This document shows, piece after piece, positions 60,193-64,000 of a stretch of 64,000 nt of DNA. The stretch is from Lingula anatina. Lineage: Eukaryota > Animalia > Brachiopoda. The notes beneath the pieces are model-generated. The model did no database searches. It was given only the letters and a program-made list of their open reading frames with translations, and was not told where the DNA came from. Numbering within the stretch: position 1 is the first letter of the stretch; each line of letters opens with the position of its first letter. Made by a program: the position numbers and the translations under genes. Location: assembly GCA_051362555.1 (NCBI GenBank), contig CM120641.1, positions 34,416,401 through 34,480,400 on the forward strand. Reading direction: 5' to 3'.

Positions 60193-60978
60193 CTGGAGAA
60201 AAGATTCCCAGCAGATCTGCATCTCTTTAATCACAATCTTTAATCACATCACGTGCACTGTTAACGGATGTAGAAGTTCATGCGAAATATTTGAAATCAT
60301 AACAGGAGCAAAAGAACACGGAACTACCGGTAGATTTTCTTGGCTAATTTATTAGCAATACTACGCATCGATGTTATAGCAGGGTATTACCGAGTGAATG
60401 ACAGATGACATGCTCACCTGGTCGCAAACTTCATCAGCCGTGGAGAGGAACTCAGCGACGCGGGTCAGACAAGAATTAGGTATATGATAACTCAAGTAAA
60501 ACACATGAGAGGAAAACAACAAATGTCAAGCATTACATAAAACGTGAAAGAGAGGTTACAGTACAACTTGCACTGTTATACCTGAGTAAACGTCTGCTGT
60601 GTTTACTGGTATGCGGTAATGTAGCTGCCATCACGCTCGGGTGTCACCTTAATTGGTAAATAAACCAGGTAAATTAACCTAAAAACACATAACGACTTAA
60701 GACTACCATAATAGTCTGCCATAACGCAAAAAAGAAAAAAAAATTTAACAGATTTCCTACAATCCCCATAGACCCTCATGGAGAAGAATTTATGTAAAAT
60801 TAAGAATAAATTTTAATTAAATTGTCATTTTATGTTGTCTTTAGGTTAATTTACCCTGTTTAGTAACCAATGAAGGTGACAACTGAGTGTGGCTTCCATT
60901 ATTCATTTATGTGCTTCTGAATTTTCATCATTAAGTTCACCTATTTAACTATTCATTCTTTTGCCCCTTTTCGTTTAG
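60193..60978. promoter_or_regulatory. Bidirectional promoter and 5' UTR region shared by HHAT and PPOX
   Basis: The ATGs are 795 bp apart, head-to-head, and CpG is retained locally. Both ATG exons begin at acceptors (60193 minus, 60978 plus). Candidate UTR-exon donors lie at 60417 and 60581 (minus) and at 60609 and 60669 (plus). Confidence 0.65.
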
Positions 60979-60979
60979 G

Positions 60980-63819
60980 ATGAAAAAGACAGGGGCAGTC
61001 TTGGAGGTACTGAAGTCTTGTCCTGTTAAGTATTCATACTACAGAAGACCCGGTCAGACACTTGTTGCTCCACATGGCACCCGTTGCCTGTATTCTACAT
61101 GTAGGACAGCTCCATGTGGGACTTCTAAACATCTTGGAAAAGCTCAGTTTTGTACACTTCCTGGCACTCATTGCTGTGTAAGACAGCCTCACAACAGTGC
61201 AATTCCAAAGGACAGCAGACGTTTTTTCAGTGCCGCTAAATGTGGAAAATATTTTTTAAATGGAGGGACGTCTTGTACTGGAAGATATGTTGGATACAGT
61301 CACTTTAGTACAACCTCTGGTGCTGAGGACAGGACAGTGGTTATTATTGGGGGAGGAATCAGTGGTCTCACCGCCGCATACTACCTTACTAAAGTAAAAA
61401 ATCTTCCCTTTGATAAGGTACAAATTTACATGTGAATAATCCCTATTCAGTTTTGTAATTGTTAAGTTTTTATAATATCCTTGGGATTACCATTCATTTA
61501 CAGGTAAAAAACAAAATTATTTTTAACAGTTTCAATAATGGTCCTATAATTTATAGGTTATAGAATACACTGCAGAAAAATTCTTAAAGTTACTTATTGA
61601 TTTTTAATAATGTAATTACTGTAATAGATGTTTGCTTTAGAGCATATACATATCATGCTTTTTATAATTTACATGTGGATGTTATATATCAGTTTTTAAT
61701 GGCTATTTCCTTATTGCCCAGACTTGACATTCACACCAGCTATGAGTCAACTCGATATGATCTTTTTAATCATAAAAAATTATACCTCATTTTCTTTACA
61801 GATAGTTTTGTACGAGTCCAGTGATCGTCTGGGAGGTTGGATTAACAGCTTGCAGCTTGATGATGGAACAATATTTGAGCAAGGTCCCAGAACGATACGC
61901 TCTCCCACAGCAACACCAGCTGCACGTGCAACAATAGAGCTGGTACATGATACTGTCTGATGTTTTTCACTTTTTTGGTGGCAAATAAAGGTTGTCATTT
62001 TCCATCAGAAAAAGGTTGTTATTTTAAGTATAACCTTAGGAAAGGGGAAACACAGATTCTAAAATAATACTTTGCTGTCAGCTTTCTTAAAATGATTTTG
62101 TTGTTAATTTGTAATTATTATTCTATACAGGTAGAATCACTTGGCCTTGTTGAAGATGTTATTGCAGTTACTACTAAAGAGCCAGCTGCAAAAAACAGAT
62201 ATATCTATGTAGATGGGAAGTTACATGCACTACCTAACAGTAAGGGAATAGTTTAGGAAGGTTTCATTTTTCATATTGTTTTTAAGTGTGAAAACTGTGA
62301 AAGGAAAAAATAATAGTATTTATCTTATACTTTCTAATAATGTTAAGCAAAAATATTTTATTCTACTATTCTTAGACTCCTGCTAGAAAGACAATCATGT
62401 TTGAAAACCATAGTTTAAAACATTTTTAAACATTCTAATGGCATGTAGTGTATCATGTTTGAAATCATCTCTCTAATGCTTGTCTAAAAATTTTAAGGGT
62501 GTCCATTTTATATAATTCCAGGTCTCTTTAAGACTTTGTCAAAGCAGTCACCATTTTCTAAATCCTTAGCACACTATGTTTTCAAAGAAATGTCAATCCC
62601 TGCAAAATCCACCTCATCAGATGAATCGGTCTATGATTTCTTTTCAAGAAGATTTGGTGCAGAGGTGAGTTATTTATTTATTTATTTATTTATTATTCAC
62701 ATAAAAAGATTCATACATACAGAATGACCGGTGACTTTCTAGTTATACTTCTTGAAGATGTTACAGTCTGATACCCTATATATATAAAAATTCTGGAAAG
62801 CACCATGCAGCCTTAAGTGAAATTTATTATGAGTTATAAATAAATAAATAAATTGACAATGTAACATCATATTTTAATATTTTGTATATTTTATAATATT
62901 TTAATATTTTAATAAAGATATGTGTTTAAAAAGTGAAGTACGTACATTTGTCAGCTTCTGTTGGCTTATAATTTGTGCATGTTTCTATTAAAATCTTTGC
63001 TGTGCAATTTATATTTCCAGTTGAACATGGAAAGTCTGTTAGTTAGCTTAATATAATAATAACTGCAACCTTTGTCTTGTAATACTTTTCACCAGGTCAC
63101 TAACTATGCAGTTGGAGCATTGTGCAGGGGGATTTATGCAGCAGATACCAAACTGTTGAGCATGAAAGCATGTTTTCCATCATTGTTAGAAGCAGAGAAT
63201 AAGTATGGCTCAGTGATTAAAGGGATCTTAGGTGAGCTAACTATTATCTTATATATAATATGTATTGAACAGTTATCATACAAGAAGATTTGGAATGCAT
63301 TCATACTAATTATACTGTTGGGTTTTTTACAATCCCTGCTATTTTCAACTGTAGCTTCAGGGAGCAAAACCTTAGAAAATTATTGAAATTAAAACAAAGC
63401 CCAATCAGTAGATATTCAATAATAAAATAAATGTTTGGGGTAGATGAATTCCAACATGGTGTGTGTATGGTTAAAGGTTAAGCAAATTAAAATTGCAATT
63501 ATTATGACAAGTTGAAACAATTATAACCCATTTTTGTATAGAACACACATTCATAGTGTACTACTCATGTATTTTAGGTTCACTGACAGAGAAAACAAAA
63601 CCACAAAATGTGGATTCAGCTGGTGACATACTCGGGCCAAATGGTGAGAGCAGAATGTTACAAAGAGCTAAAAATGAGAGATGGTCAGTGTGGTCGTTGC
63701 AAGAAGGGCTGTCTCAACTCCCTGTGGCTTTAGCTTCTGAGCTAAAGCGAGATCATAGAGTAGATGTCCAACTTAATACCTGTTGCAAAGAAGTCAACTT
63801 CAGAGGGTCTAAAGCCATT
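60980..63819 (+). CDS. PPOX: Protoporphyrinogen oxidase (5' part; the gene continues beyond the window)
   Basis: join(60980-61417,61802-61942,62131-62239,62522-62664,63096-63231,63578-63819...), GT-AG and in phase. Motifs: FAD-binding [92 protein letters not shown] and [12 protein letters not shown]. Confidence 0.95.
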
Positions 63820-64000
63820 GTAAGTCTACTTATTTGAAATTTGTCATTTATATACAACCAATTTTATCACCAGGTAATATTAAGGTAGTGACATGTATTC
63901 AGATCTCCACCTGCCTGAACCTCTAGTTTCAATATTATTTTTTTGTATTTTCGGAATAGTAGTATTTGTTATTAAAAACTTGTAAAAACGACAATTATGA

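Overview
AT-rich, intron-containing animal DNA, most likely a lophotrochozoan or other marine invertebrate judging from gene structure and repeat types; it is not prokaryotic. Four genes were reconstructed exon by exon with in-phase splice sites: POLR2G/RPB7 (+, 8 coding exons, 1405-10975, 172 aa); a Gq-type muscarinic acetylcholine receptor-like GPCR (+, 2 coding exons, 44943-50337, 687 aa) preceded by about 33 kb of non-coding DNA; hedgehog acyltransferase HHAT (-, 10 coding exons, 60184-52900, 531 aa, one GC-AG intron); and the 5' part of protoporphyrinogen oxidase PPOX (+, from 60980, running off the window). A probable first coding exon of a fifth gene lies head-to-head with POLR2G. Several non-autonomous DNA transposons (Kolobok-, Mutator-, Harbinger- and EnSpm-like), minisatellites and microsatellites are present. 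The most notable observations are: (1) heme-binding HHAT sits head-to-head with the heme-synthesis gene PPOX, whose unusual ~115-aa presequence-like extension carries a CP heme-regulatory-like motif; (2) the muscarinic receptor has a remodelled orthosteric pocket; (3) the oversized last intron of POLR2G contains structured, CpG-retaining segments. All coordinates and alignments were derived by eye and no database searches were run.
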